DNA of 64,000 nucleotides. Origin: Podarcis cretensis (Eukaryota). Shown here one piece after another: positions 63,873-64,000 of the stretch; positions within the stretch are counted from its first letter, which is position 1; each line of letters begins with the position of its first letter. The notes beneath the pieces are model-generated. The model ran no database searches and had not been told where the DNA came from. It saw nothing but the letters and a program-made list of their open reading frames with translations. A program made the position numbers and the translations under genes. The stretch covers positions 41,106,001 through 41,170,000 of the forward strand of contig OX638154.1 of NCBI GenBank assembly GCA_951804945.1, given 5' to 3'.

Positions 63873-64000
63873 GTGGGATATTCTTCAGAGACACAGAATG
63901 ATGCAGATTCACAGAGCAAGGCCATACCTAACTGGGGCACATTCTCTTTCACTGTAATGATACTTCAAGTTATAAAAATCAGTCTTCTCAGCAGGAATGT

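Overview
Vertebrate genomic DNA, most likely from a lacertid lizard (inferred from Sauria SINEs, BovB and squamate-type MITEs). The only host gene I can support is MAPKAPK2 (MK2) on the minus strand. Coding exons 2-10 (22380 down to the stop at 9689-9691) all have GT-AG boundaries and splice into 924 nt (307 aa plus stop). A 3' UTR of about 2.3 kb follows. Exon 1 is not in the window, so 22381-64000 is intron 1. The rest is mostly transposable elements: a full-length, recently decayed L1 (50574-56423) in sense orientation in intron 1; a nested stack of RTE LINE > Chapaev3-like transposon (RAG1/Transib-like catalytic motifs) > solo LTR; three solo LTRs with 5-bp target-site duplications (TSDs); four Sauria SINEs; a BovB 3' end; many TA-flanked and hAT MITEs; L2/CR1 debris; and a 3'-truncated, tail-less 5S rRNA retrocopy with a 14-bp TSD. 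I see no convincing wholly new biological system. The best leads are the Chapaev element, the tail-less 5S retrocopy, and possible L1 interference with MK2 transcription.
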